A DNA stretch of 64,000 nt from Bugula neritina (Eukaryota > Animalia > Bryozoa): NCBI GenBank assembly GCA_964035545.1, contig OZ037770.1, positions 3,070,662 to 3,134,661 on the forward strand, given 5' to 3'. Under the pieces are notes generated by a model. That model saw nothing but the letters and a program-made list of their open reading frames with translations, was not told where the DNA came from and ran no database searches. Below, one piece after another: positions 26,001 to 39,236 of the stretch (its first letter is position 1; the number at the start of each line of letters is the position of its first letter). The position numbers and the translations under genes were made by a program.

Positions 26001-26913
26001 TGGTGTGACTGCTGTAACTGTGCTACTACTTTACATACTAACAGAGACTAGCCTAGTGTTTTACGTGCCTTACATAAGATATTATAATAGAACTGATAAG
26101 TTTGGTGTAGCATGCACTGCCATTGCAGCTCAGTGACTGTGCTAGTGCGCTATGCTCTCGATAATGCTTTACAATACAACCAAGTAACAGCACTGGTTGA
26201 TTTGATGTTCTAAGGCCTAAGTAATGTCTACCTTTGATGAAATCATCCTAAGTTATAACTGCCTACATAGTTGCTTACAAACCAAGTCAGAAAACTGGCA
26301 TAGCAAAGTAAGCCAAAACAGATTTCGTAATACTAATAATTTCCCCATACACTCAAGTGTTGTAGATGACTACAGCATGATCAGACTATAAAACTCAACC
26401 AAAAAGGGGCGTGTACCAACTCTAAAATATCACCACTATAACTCATATAAAACTCTACATTTTCAAAGACAAATGCATTATTAGGCCTATCAGATACAAT
26501 CATTAGCTGGTCATGTAGAGTCCAGCCAATCAGAATCGTATAAAATTGCCTGCAACGTGGCTATATTCAACTGCCAAAAACAACTAGCTCATTCACCACT
26601 ATGTCAATAAAAAAACCATTAAATGTGTTTTGCCAGAACAGCTGGGGTTGTGGTCAAGCTGCTCCAGGGCATTTTTGCAGGAATACATTTTTTAAATGCA
26701 TTTTATAAGCATTTAATTTAAACATTTTGAAAAATGAACTCATGGTTCATAAAGTTAAGATATGAAATAAAATAATGCATGTAATAAAAGTTGCACAGCT
26801 ATTTTCTAGAAGTATGCATTTTGCATTTGAACTTGCAGAAGTTTATATAAGTTATAGTGGTGAGTGTTTTAGATTTAGTACAAGGTACTAATTGTACCAA
26901 ACATACATCGTCT
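23096..26913 (+). mobile_element. ISL2EU/PIF-Harbinger-like DNA transposon derivative with ~1073-bp terminal inverted repeats
   Basis: 23096-24168 is a near-perfect reverse complement of 25841-26913. Ends AG...CT flanked by AT on both sides (empty site TCAATTGA). Internal DDE_Tnp_4-like fragment. Confidence 0.85.
24753..24926 (+). pseudogene. C-terminal fragment of a DDE_Tnp_4 (Harbinger/ISL2EU/IS5-like) transposase
   Basis: IANLRIHVERAIKRVKEFNILNG...LLDKVMIVCCALCNLQPPLV* contains the R-x-x-V-E-R-A-I catalytic Glu motif and the C-x-x-L-x-N motif. The upstream part is disrupted. Confidence 0.85.
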
Positions 26914-28550
26914 ATTGACCATTCTTTTTAATGATAGCTGCTGGTAGGCTAAACTCTTCCTAGTCAGTAATTTAGCCTCTGTATATGCATATAGCAAACA
27001 TTTACATTTCACTGGTTCCAGACGTTGCCATGGAAAGCAGGATCTGCCACAAGCCACCTAAACTTCACCTATCCCTAAGACAGCCTGTGACTAAGAAGTT
27101 AACATAAGGTAGGTCGCAGTTTGCTGGAGGCATGGTCACAATTTTAGTAAACCTAACGGGAGCAGAGGAATTAGCGTAGAATCAATAACTTATTAAAAAC
27201 GCATAATATATATATGATATAATACTTGTATATTATTAAAGTGTTAGCTATATTGTACAGTTCTGTGTTCATAACACACCCCATTGGTAACAGAATCGGT
27301 GAGTTTTTGACTATTTCAAGGTTAATTAGATAGCATTATTATTATTCCTGTAGTTATATTGTTAAGATATGTATCAAAATTAGGACGTTCCCTGTTACAG
27401 TAGATCTGCTAGCAGTTAGTACATGTAGCTAAGTGATGTAGGGTAGTATGGAAGTAGGTAAATAATAGAATGTGTAATAATGTAGAATTTACATAGGAAG
27501 GTAATTGTGTATTTAGTTGGCTTACATGCATAGCCGTGTTTATACTTAGGTAAAATTTTCTCTAGGTCACGAGGGCATGTATTTAAGTACGCATAAGTAA
27601 GACAGCGTTAGTGTTTCAAGTATTATGTTTAGCAGATCAGACTATGTGTATGCTTTTGTGTTTCAATCGTCAGTTTATAAAGAAGGCTACTTTCCTGTAG
27701 CGGCTTTACACACAGCAGTTCGGCTTTTTAAAGTCCCGTTACTGGTGAACAATCTTTGCTATTTATTACACTATATGAACTTCTATTAATTTTGTTACAG
27801 TATACCTTTACCCATCTTAGCTCTGTTTTCTCTGCGTGGTGGGATTCTTGTCTAGAGCCAAGTTGTTCAACCTTGACCTGCTCCTGTGTTAAGGTCAGAG
27901 GTCAAGAGATATCTCTATGACCAGGAATATTTGCATCGTCTTCTCCTTTTCTCTCATAGCAATCTTACTATATCATTGTCTCTGTTTATACTAACCATAC
28001 ATTAGCTTGTACCTCTTACTATATGTGTTAATTTACTTATTCACTTTCATTTGTCTGAGGTCCAAAATTCAAGTGTTGTATCTTGCTGTGAATTGGAGCA
28101 GAGGCTACAATGCTAATAACATTGCTATTTATAAGTACTGCTAAAGTTATTTGAGTTGTACATGTTCGTATGTTTACAGCCGAAATGTTGAAGCTACTTA
28201 AGACACATTCTGGTGCTTATCATTCGCTATCTTGTCTGTGTTGATCACTTTATCTTCTATATAGTAGTCTATCAATTCACGTTCTAAATTCTGAATAGTA
28301 TAATTGTAAGGTGTAATTTCATTGGTTGTTTGTGATATGGAGTTGCGATATCTCCAAGGAGCCATATAAAGCTCTTAGCTAGTGCTTTTCACAATAACCA
28401 AGGAGAAATTTTTCTAATTGAAAATAATTAGGATGTGTTTGTGCGATATAGTGAACTAAAACTAGTAGAAATCAGCTCTTTGCAACAAACTTTCAGCAAT
28501 ATTAATTGTCACTTATTTAGGCTGTTGATAAATTAAATAAACCAATGAAT

Positions 28551-28741
28551 CAGCCGTGATGTAGTGGTTAGAGTGCTGGTCTGGTGAAAAGGTAAGCCAG
28601 TGGTTTGAGTCCAAACAGCATTGCTAGGAAGAGCATTCAGTCATAGTTACTCCTGTGCCTCATATATGTATGAGACCTTTGTATGATTTAAAAAACATTT
28701 ACTTGTGGGTTCTTACAAGGATAGTGACTATAAACTTGCAT
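28551..28741 (+). mobile_element. tRNA-derived SINE, family A
   Basis: A-box-like TAGTGGTTAGAG, B-box-like GGTTTGAGTCC, body GGAAGAGCAT..AGTCAT and tail GACTATAAACTTGCAT shared with the copies at 40138, 45436 and 47640. Confidence 0.7.
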
Positions 28742-29388
28742 AGGTTATGCTATAAATTAAAAGAACTATCAAATACAAATTAGTAGAAATTATTTTACGA
28801 TAATTTTGCTTTTGATAGCCACACCTAATGTAAATACTTCGTAAGCTTTGAAAGCAAAATATGTTATATAGTAACATTCTTTATACGGTGAGTATAGGTT
28901 CTGCTATATCTGGGGAAAAACATTTGTTATACAAGGAATTTATTTAATTTTTTTGATGTTTCCTTGACTTAGCACTTTTTTTAAGTAAATTAAATGATAG
29001 AATGTTTACACTTGAAAGCAGGTGCAATTTATAAAGAATAAAATTTATATATTACTATGCAGTTATATGCATATTTAGTAATTTCATGGCTAATGTATTA
29101 ATTTTCATTTCTTATGTAATCAATACTTAGTCCTACTACACAGAATATAATTCTAATTAAAATATATGAGTCACAGTTGAGTAATAATAATTTATTCTAC
29201 TGCAATTATATTACAGTTAGAAGTAAATAAACATAAAATTGAGACTGTGTTGATTTGATACAAAACTGGTGAAAATATGGTTCACATACGTATACTGTTG
29301 ACTAGAATAAAGGTCTATGATTAGACATTGTGAGATTGCATCTATAACGGAGTAGATTATTGAAGACATCGCGCATATATTTCCTGCG

Positions 29389-31952
29389 TCATGCATTGAC
29401 ACGATTTTTGCACTTGAATGTGCTCATACCGTAATAGTCACAGTAGCTATTGTTTGCAGCGACATCTACACACTGATCTCTACTGAAATGCCTCCCGATA
29501 TCATGCCAAACGTTATTTGGTCTCATGTGAGCTAAGCTACAGAACTTGCAGAATTCAGATGGATCTAAAAATAAGAAACATATATATGAAACACAGGCTT
29601 CTACTAAACTGTGGTATAATGTCAAGGTCAACATCTAGATTAACCAGCTGACTAAGATATATAAATAATGTATTGATAAACTCAGATATAGAAATACTAT
29701 ATCTATATAAAGAAATATACACATAGTATATTATTTAAGAGCTTATGTGCAGAAGTATTATAATTATCATTTATATTGGCTGAGTTTTTGATAACAAGTG
29801 CAAATTTAACAAAGAAGTTTTTCTCTCACAATTATGTCAATGTCTTTTGCCTAATCAAAATGAATTGGGAAAACTTAAAAGCTTAAAGGATTGCTCTATC
29901 TTGTCTAATAAATGGCCATTTAGGTCAAACACACATAATATTGTGTTTTTCTAAGCATGCATTGACAAAAATCATTTGACCAAAGGTAGAAAAAGTTAGT
30001 TGAAGTTGAGGGTGTAGATTGGTAACAGCCAAAACGCCGATTTTGAAATGAGCTGGGAAATGTGACGTAACAGCGCCAGCATTCCTGCTGGTCACGTGAC
30101 TATACAAATGAATAACTATAGAAATATGACTGTGAGATGTGATCTTTCAGCTCGTAATTTGTATATTTATAGAAGTGCAAATGTGAATTATCTCAATCTA
30201 TAGTTTTTTGAAATTTTAAATAACATGTATGTGATAACATTAGGCCATATTTTGCTTGTAAACATTAGAAAAAAGCATTGCAAAAACATGCATTCTTTAG
30301 GATGAATGCCTGCGATCGATCTAAACTAGGTCAGCTAGATTGTGCAATATTATGGGCACACCAAAGCTGACCTATATAGCGCACTGTATAACTGCTTGGG
30401 CGTTATTGGTTGATGTTGTGCTCAGCAACCTCGAATACTAGCGTTATAGTTAGCACGTGCAGCATAGTTACTGGCGTTCACACGTCACGTATTAGGCTAT
30501 TCTTTTTCATGGCTGAAAATTTTACCTCCCTCAAAATTGGAATTTTGAAAAGCTGTTTTCTAGGCACATATCCCTTTGCAAAGTCACAATTGTTTGCATA
30601 CACATTAGATTTTAGTTCATAATTATAATGTGATTGTAATAAACTAAGATTGAGCAATCCTTTAAGCTATCAAGAAGTCAGTGTGTTCTATTTTTCAGAT
30701 TAAATTGCCACCTCCCTCTGCGTAGAAGTTTGAGTAAGCCAACATCAAAACCTAACGTAAATATTTAACTAAGAACTTTAGATACAGCAACCAGAGGTCA
30801 AATGTTAAGTCATGGCTACAAGAAATATAGAACTGCATTTACTTCTAAACGGGAAATTTGAAGTTATCTCATACCATAAAGCTAATGATAGCAAATGACT
30901 TTCTACATACCTTCTCTATAAAGTTTAAAACTATTTCTCCAGCTTAGATAGTAGTTAAACGTTTCCTTGTGCCTTGTTACATAGTGCAGATGTTCAGATA
31001 AATGTTTCGGTGACGTAAAGTTCTTAACGTGTATATAACTGTTTGGAGGAGCGATACGTTCATACTCTTCCATGCTCAGACCTCCCATTACGATAGGTAT
31101 GACCAGGTCTGGTCCTTCTAGAATTTTCCAGAACTTTTCTGTAATGTAATCTTCACAAAGGTTGTTTTCAAAGGAGAGGTAGAAATGAAAACTGGAGAGT
31201 GGAGGTTGTTCACTGAACGGAAGCAAAGAGATGAGGTGAGGTTTGATAGAATCTATAGCCCTTCGGCATCGGAGTTTAATAGTGAAAATAGACAGATGTA
31301 CCCAGTGAGACAGTTCTAAGGCGTATTCCAGTCTCGCGCTACGGACAAGGTTGCTACAGTGTGAAACAAACCAGACAACCTTTGGCTTGAGATCCATGGT
31401 TGTAAGTCTCTCATTGTCAAAACTTCTAATCGTTTTACCTAATGTATCGGGAAAAATTTGTGAGGCCCACTTGTTAGGCCTGTTTGAGTCCCGTTTGTAC
31501 GTGAATGAGTAGTTAAAGTACCCGTTCCATTCAGCGAGATCCACTTTAGCAAAAGCTTGTGGCTCTGCAGCATTGAGTAGCCAAAGCTGGTCAGTTGACT
31601 TGTTTGGGCGGATAACTGGAAGTCGTGTAAATTGAAATACGGCAAGGTCAGCGTTGGGGTCAAGGTTAGTAGCATTGTTTATTGTAAACCTACACTCGTA
31701 CATTCCCATACAGGTGAGATGTTCGGATGTCGGCATTTCAAACCATCGGGGATTTAAAATTTCAATATGCTGAATCTTCTTGTGGGCCGGTGAGTATGAT
31801 CGTATGCTGTGAGTGTTGTCTGCACTTGGCAGGTACATGATGCTTCTGTTGTTGACGTTAATGTAAAACAATATACATACCACTGTGAAGGCAGCAAGAG
31901 AAGTCAATCCAAAGTTGGATTTGTAGTAGATGTTTAGCACTTTTATCAACAT
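29389..31952 (-). CDS. Alpha-(1,3/1,4)-fucosyltransferase, glycosyltransferase family 10 (type II membrane protein), 2 coding exons
   Basis: Exon 31952-30911 has an N-terminal TM segment, VVWFVSHC and the GT10 motif FHFYLSFENNLCEDYITEKFW. Phase-1 splice G|GTATGT...TTTTTAG|AT to exon 29564-29389 (DPSEFCKFCSLAH...VWHDIGRHFSRDQC) supplies the typical C-terminal cysteines. Confidence 0.92.
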
Positions 31953-34913
31953 CTTTGAGCAGCGGCGGCCAAATCTCACCCTACTCTTGCTCTTGATTCA
32001 CTTTGACTCGCTGATCAATACTAAACTACAACATGAGAACTGCTGCTATAAGTACTTTAGCATAATATCATATAAGTTAGAGAGGCTTTTGTTAAGAATG
32101 CATGATTTGACAGCTTAGGTTCCAATCTGCTGTTATTCCAATAGGTTGGGCAGTGTCTTTTTCCCAGTAATGAATTCTATAGTCTGATTCTTTCTACAAA
32201 CTAACCTTTTAATATTGATTGGTGTTTTCATTCAATAAAGCTCAGAAATGAATGGCCAATACACTCATGTACATTCACACAGGTATTATATATGTGTGTG
32301 CCAATTCGTGTACCATAAATACATATAGAGAATATGAGAAAGCCTGTTTTTGATAATGAAGTTTTACAACAATTTCTGCAAGTATATAATTTTTAATAAT
32401 ACACAAAACTAAATTTCTTAACAAAAATCAAAAGTAATTTGACGAAAAATAAGAAAGCAAAACTCTGCTACATCATTTGCTTAAAAACAGTTTCTATGGT
32501 GACAGAATCCAAACAACAGCAGCTCAAAAACAGTTGATTGCTATAAAATTCTGGATAGCAAATTTTTTTTTACTAAAATATATTATAGTTGAAATAAATT
32601 TTTGTCATTTGATATTTAAATGCAAAAATATTGGTTTGACACTTAATTTATTCAATGAACATGCAGTTACTATTAACAATATCTTGCTGAATTCACCTGA
32701 AGAATGGCAGTTCACAGTTCGGTATTAAACTGTGCTAGTAGTTTTTTCAAATTGTACTATAAAATAATGTAAGCATTGCGCTTTTCTTTCTTCAGGAAAA
32801 CTTGTGTTTTCTAATTGGTTTGTACGACTTCCATGAACTGCATTCACTATAAAATTATTAGATGTTTTGATATATTTTTTCTTTTTTTAGATCAGGCCAA
32901 AAAGCAAAGCTGTTGATGGTTTAATAATGCAGAGAGAAATAGCATGGCAACAGCTTGTATTGTTGGCATGAAGACTTTGAGGTTGTCTGTATTTTGCTGA
33001 TTCAGCTTTTTTGGTGTTTTTTTAAAATGATTACTCATCCATATAGCTGACTGGACAAGTCTGCATGGTAGCTACAGTATATGCACAAATACACAAACTA
33101 ATAATAACCTTTGTTGTTATATGCAAACTAGAAAAGAGTGAGGTTGAAGCCCCATCCTAAAGAACTTCTCTAACCTGCCCCACCATGCAAGACCTACTCT
33201 GAACCAAAAAGAGCTGATTAGTTCTAAAGAAGACATTCCATAATTTTCTTTATCATATCAAGCTGTCTGCTCAGAGTTCATTAGTATGACACTTGATGTC
33301 ATCAACTTCAAGCTGTTTTATTCATACCTGCTTGTTGGCATGTATATTTTTGTTGTAAACTAAATAACTATTGGTGAATAAATTCAAATATGTAGGTATT
33401 TTTATAATTTTCTGATATTTCCCATAATGATTTGCTTAAAATAATTAATTATGATTTTTGTGTCCCTGTATAATTACAGAAAATAGTCTATTCCTGATGG
33501 GTTTTGTGAATTTTATTTTGTAATCTATAAACAGTACAGCTTCTAACTTTTCAAATAAAGTACAGACTCTAATACCTATAGTATCATATGATATTCATAT
33601 TATAAATCCAATTGCGTGCAAGTATTATAGCCGGTCTTGTTCCACCTGTATATTCCATACATGTTTGGTTTTGTCAGAAGTAAGAAACTTAGACCCATTC
33701 TTCAGTCAATTTTCTTACAAATATTTAAAACCAGCAGATAAAAATACCCCTAAATAAGAAACTTTTATATACAATTTGAACCGAATTTACTTTTTGGCTT
33801 ACTTTGCTGGTGTGTAATAAATAAAGTATTATATGACTAATATACTATTCTACATATTATAATGGAACGACTCATTCATTGACTGAACAGCGCTGTAGGT
33901 AACCTGCTGCAATCACTGAGGGTTATTAACTTTATTATTCAATTTAACTCTTGAAATTTAAGATCTATAGACAGTATGAAGCAATGAACTAAGTAGAGAT
34001 GGTCACCAAGGAGAAATAAATAAACAGTAGCACTGTTGAAAAGATGCTATAATACAGCGTATAAATGCAAACAATGCTATCAACAAGCTAATACTAGAGT
34101 GAGTGATTGAGCTAGCCAGTGGTCATTCCGGAAGCTGGAATATTGGCTACGAATGGAGAGCAAGTCTAAGGCTATGAACTGTAGTCCATGACTTTCAATG
34201 TTGCATTAATTCCTTTTCTACGCATAACTTTACACTTTTACACCTGAGTTATATATTTGTGTATAATCTATGATAGTAAATTATTTAATGGTTTGTGTTT
34301 ATCTCTCTACTCTCCACACATAAGTTTAACGTATTATCGTTAATTTACAACAGGCTATGGCTGTAATGATTAAGCTAGTAGGTACTACTACTAGTCAGCA
34401 ATCTTTATAATAGGTGCAAACATCTATACCTCCTGGGGGGCCCAGCCTACATTCATGTGGCTCTCAAAGGCAAAAAAAGTATGTATATATGAATTTGAGT
34501 GAGAAAACCATCTTTTAAATGTCTCATATTTATATATGCTAAAACATGCAGCCTGCATTAACTGTTGGGACTTTATTGTGTAAGGATTTATTATAAGAGT
34601 TTGGAATAAAATAATTTAAAAATTATTGGTGCTGTGGGCCCCCAGCTCAAAGTAAAGTTCACACTGTGCCCCCTTGATCACCACCTTCATATCCTTTTTA
34701 GAGGCACCCACTCTTGGGCTATGTTCTCAGTTACTACTAAACTGTTCATGGAAAGACAATTTCCCACACCACAATGTAGCTATAACAGGAGTTGCATTCT
34801 CTGCTAATTGTAAATGACTTATGATCCCAAGCTTTCACACTACCAAGTTATATGATGGCTTATTTTCAAATTTATATGTATGTTACTAACATATTTTGGC
34901 AGTTGTGTGCACA

Positions 34914-35228
34914 ATGATTTTAGGTAACAGCGACACCAGTAAAAATAGCACAGGTAAAATGGCACAAATGGCAAAGTGGGTCAAATTGGCACAATTTTCA
35001 ATGTTAGAGTTTAGATTGGGTTTGGGTATGTAGGATGGGGGTTTGAGTTTGGGGTTTGAGTCTGATGTGGGGGTTTAGGGTTTGAGTTTGAGCTTTGGGA
35101 ACATTTAACAACAGTGTGCCATTATTTCCTACTTTTCCATTTGTGCCCTTAATATTACTAGCACCATTATTACCAGCACCAGTATTACCTGTGCCAATTT
35201 TACTGGTGCCATTTTTACCTAAAATCAT
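34914..35228. mobile_element. Unclassified MITE-like repeat, best-preserved copy
   Basis: TIR ATGATTTTAGGTAA...TTACCTAAAATCAT; repeated GGCACA/TGTGCC units; GGGTTT core. Confidence 0.7.
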
Positions 35229-37634
35229 CAATATATTACCTATTTTCTATATATGACTTATAGGTCCTTAGTGATTTAACAACTAGACAAACCAATAGAT
35301 CTGGTGCACCATCTGCAAGATCTGCCTAAAGGGTTATTGTATGCCTGAACACTGTTCTAATAATAAATGTAGCGATGAACACTGGGGGGGGGGAGGGGAG
35401 GGGGGAATATGTAGATAACAAGTGGAATGGCAGTTAAAAGAAGGAATAAAAAGTGAGCAGAAATAATGATAACATAAGTTGAACATGAAGGAAGCACACT
35501 AGGAGTATACTAATCGGATGACTCTATAAGCAGCTCTGAGTGGAGGGTGAGTGTGATTATATATAGTTTGTGTTTCTCTAGTTTGATTTGGAGTTTCACT
35601 AGACTCCCAACTCTAAATTTGAAAATCCCAAACAGCTACTTCACTCAGTCACCCCAACGTCTGAGATGCTTATAGAACCATTCTTACTAAACATCGTTTG
35701 TCTAAGATCCTAAACTTCTGAGAATTACCAGACCAGCGCACTAACCTGTAGGCCCTTACTAACTGCATATATTTAGAAAGAAGCTAGAGCTAGCCTTACA
35801 GTCAAACCAAGGAGCACATCAGCTGTACCCTAATGAGAAGGAATCTATACTCCAAGCTGTACCAAAGGTTTTCCTAATCATGGCAGATGTGATAACTGTA
35901 CTCTATAAAACTTGCTTCCCATTGCTTATTGCGGAAGTAGATTCGGTTATTCATCTTCATTTTCTTATGAAAAATAAGCACAATTGCAATCAATTCTTAT
36001 CAATTGTTGACCTATAAGGAGGCACTTTAAGTCACTGACATCATCATAAAAATATGCCAACAAAATCTTTCTGCATTGTAAAGTTAGTAGTCCGATTTCA
36101 TCTCATTTTGATCCATCAATCAATTTTATTATAATATTATATTAAAATAATTTCCAAGATGATATTTTACCAAGAGTTCATCACCCTTTAGTTATTGTGT
36201 GCATTTTTTATTATTAGCTCCTTAAAGACTACTGCCCTTTACCTTTACATGTCTTGACTATTATGTCAAATATGTGCAGTTTACAGGTTCTTCAACCATC
36301 AGTCAATTACTCTTTGAGAGCTTCCTAAAGGTATACTAACAACTGTGTGTTGTGTGTGTGTGTTGTGTGTGTGTGTGCGTGCGTGTGTGTTGTGTTGTGT
36401 TAAGTGTGTGGGTTAAGTGTTGGGTGTGTGCGTGTTGGGTGTGTGCGTGTTGGTGTGTGTTGGGTTTGTGTGTGTGTGAGTGTGTGAGCGAGTGAGTGCA
36501 TGTGTGTTTTTGGGCGCTTTCAGGCCCTAAAGTGCCCTTAAAAAAGCTGTTTTACCAGCACTCAACCTCTGAGCATTTTTTCTTTCAAACAGCAGACTCT
36601 ATAGGTAGTTAAAACAATCGATATTTTTATATAGAAACAATGCAAACATACATCCATCTCTTGCTTTAAGATTATTTACAAAAGCTGCTTGCTTTGATTC
36701 CGACAAGAATTAGAAACACCTTTAATTAGTGTTAATTTGTGTTATGTTTGTGTATGGGCATGTGTGCGCTACATCAGTGTCCGATAAGAATAAATAGTTA
36801 AAATGGCACATATATCCTCTCTTCCTACAGAGTAGTGTGTGTTGTCTTGAAGATTGTCTGTACTTAATCAGTATAATCAATAACATATTTTATGGATTAC
36901 TTTACTGTAATTATATTATAATACACAACGAGTATATAATAATTCTTAGCTTGTTCTATCAAGATTAAGCTGCTTATCTATATATGTTTTTACTTAAACA
37001 TTTGGAACTTTAACTAATAATTAAAAGACCATGCAGTTGTTTTTTAAATGTTGCGGCATTTTCAACTATATTGCTGTTAAATTATTCATAAAAGCGCAGG
37101 TTTAATTACCAATTTTAAAAGTCACCATCAAGGAAACAAATTTAAATATTAAAAATACCATATTTTGAAGAGTTCTCTAAATTTTATTTTGTAATAAATT
37201 ACAAAATATAATAACCTTTTCAATTTTTTTATTTTGTGTTTAAAAATTTATAGACAATGACTAAAAGCAGTCGAACCAACATAAAGTTAGTCTACTAAAG
37301 TTGAATAAAATACATTATATTTTTATTTCCAAATATTTAAGCTGTTAATCCATCAAATGCAAGCTGCATGCAATAACCCAGATCACAAAGAGCATATAAG
37401 TAGAGGTTTGTTATGTTTAATATAAAAGCTTTCTCTTTGTTACCAACTGCAATTATTGTCATAATTTTGATAAGTATAAAGCTGTTTTATTACCTATCCA
37501 TATGTTCATATATTATTATTATGTATTTATGGAGGTCATTGTAATACAATTCAAGAGTAAAGTAACTGAAATCAAATAAAATGCAGTTTATCATTACTTC
37601 CAGGTAATTGTTGAGCTCTTCATCCATCAGCGGC

Positions 37635-37673
37635 AAGCTGCATGTAATAATTCAGATCTCAAAGAGTATATAA
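37635..37673 (+). promoter_or_regulatory. Conserved upstream motif plus TATA box of Cys-peptide gene A
   Basis: AAGCTGCATGTAATAATTCAGAT followed by TATATAA. The same arrangement occurs at 39618-39658 (gene B), with a degenerate copy at 37361-37399. A non-coding exon 1 ends at 37748 (CAG|GTAAGA). Confidence 0.6.
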
Positions 37674-37919
37674 GCAGAGATGTTTTATACTACAGAATGT
37701 GTATCTCCACTACATTACAACTTACAGACACAGTTTTACATAAGTCAGGTAAGAAACTAAATGTTCATTTGTTGTTTGGTTAACATTACTAGTTTGAATA
37801 ATTAAAGAATATTTCCTGATCCTATCGAATCAAATTTCCAAATTTCTATTAGTAATTATAAAACCTTTGTTTCGAGAAGAAGATAAAGCTGCAAATGGAT
37901 AAATAAGCGTCATATATAT

Positions 37920-37921
<2 letters not shown>

Positions 37922-37995
<74 letters not shown>

Positions 37996-38017
37996 GCACG
38001 CACGCACGCACGCACAC
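37922..38017. repeat. (CA)n microsatellite
   Basis: Direct reading. Confidence 0.97.
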
Positions 38018-38083
38018 AGACCAATGTCTTTCTGTAACTTATAGAGATATATAAACTTATTTTTTGTAGGCTGAAGATTCAAC

Positions 38084-38457
38084 ATGAACATTGTAGCTTT
38101 CTTAGTAACTACCATTCTTGCCATGACTTTATTAGGTAAGTTTTAAATGTTTTGATAGGTTTCAAAATTTAACTTACAACCATCTATTATAAGCATTTCT
38201 TACAACATTTTTAATATTCTTATAATATATATTACATAATATTTTTAATTCAATGATTAAATCATATTTTTTGCAAAGCACTACTATAACTTATGGTTCA
38301 ATATTTTGCAAAATTTTCAATAGGTTTAGTGACAGCAGCTGACTGGACCAAAGACCCTAAGAAGTGCAAAAGTTTTTGTAAAAAGAAGGGTTTCAACTTC
38401 TCCAAACTAGAGTATGGTATGTGTGGATGTAAGAAGAAAGCCTCAGATAAATATTAA
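38084..38457 (+). CDS. Secreted cationic 4-Cys defensin-like peptide A (61 aa)
   Basis: Exons 38084-38135 + 38324-38457, phase-1 intron: MNIVAFLVTTILAMTLLGLVTAADWTKDPKKCKSFCKKKGFNFSKLEYGMCGCKKKASDKY*. Hydrophobic signal peptide; AATAAA at ~38614. Confidence 0.85.
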
Positions 38458-38699
38458 CCAGAAAACAAACTCTCCCCCCCTCCTGTCTCTGGATAGTTTA
38501 ATATATTGCTTGTCTATTTATATTTGCCTCACAGTTGCAGATTGCATTTGTGTAACTTTTTAAATGTTCATTTCAAGCAGTTGAATGATTCCTTGTTTAT
38601 TTGTTTTCTAGACAATAAAACAAATGATGCATTCATAAAAAATTCGGGTTTGCTTTTTTAAAAATACACAAGCACACACAGGCACATGGAAACAGTTGA

Positions 38700-39236
38700 T
38701 TTAAGTACATTACAGTACAAAGCAGAACGTTGCAGCACATTACAATATAACATTACAGTATACACTACAGTATACACTACAGTATACACTACAGTATACA
38801 CTACAGTATACACTACGGTACATTACAGTACGTTACATAACATTACAATATACACTACACTCTACAGTATACACTACATTACATAACATTACAGTATACA
38901 CTACAGTATACACTACGGAACATTACAGTATACACTACAGTATACACTACATAACATTACAGTATACACTTCAGTATACACTATGGTACACTACATTACA
39001 TTACATAACATTACAGTATACACTTCAGTATACACTATGGTACACTACATTACATTACATAACATTACAGTATACACTACACTACGTTACATAACATTAC
39101 AGTATACACTACAGTATACACTATGGTACACTACATTACATTACACAACATTACAGTATACACTACAGTATACACTACATTACATTACAGCACAAAGCAG
39201 AACGTTACAGTACATTATATAGTACAGTACATTACA
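38700..39236. repeat. Degenerate TACAC/TACAG/TACAT minisatellite
   Basis: Direct reading; 12-bp unit TACACTACAGTA. Confidence 0.9.

Noticed and set aside
32400-33330. Exon-like fragments on the plus strand upstream of the fucosyltransferase
   Set aside because: Could not assemble a phase-consistent open frame or recognise any motif.
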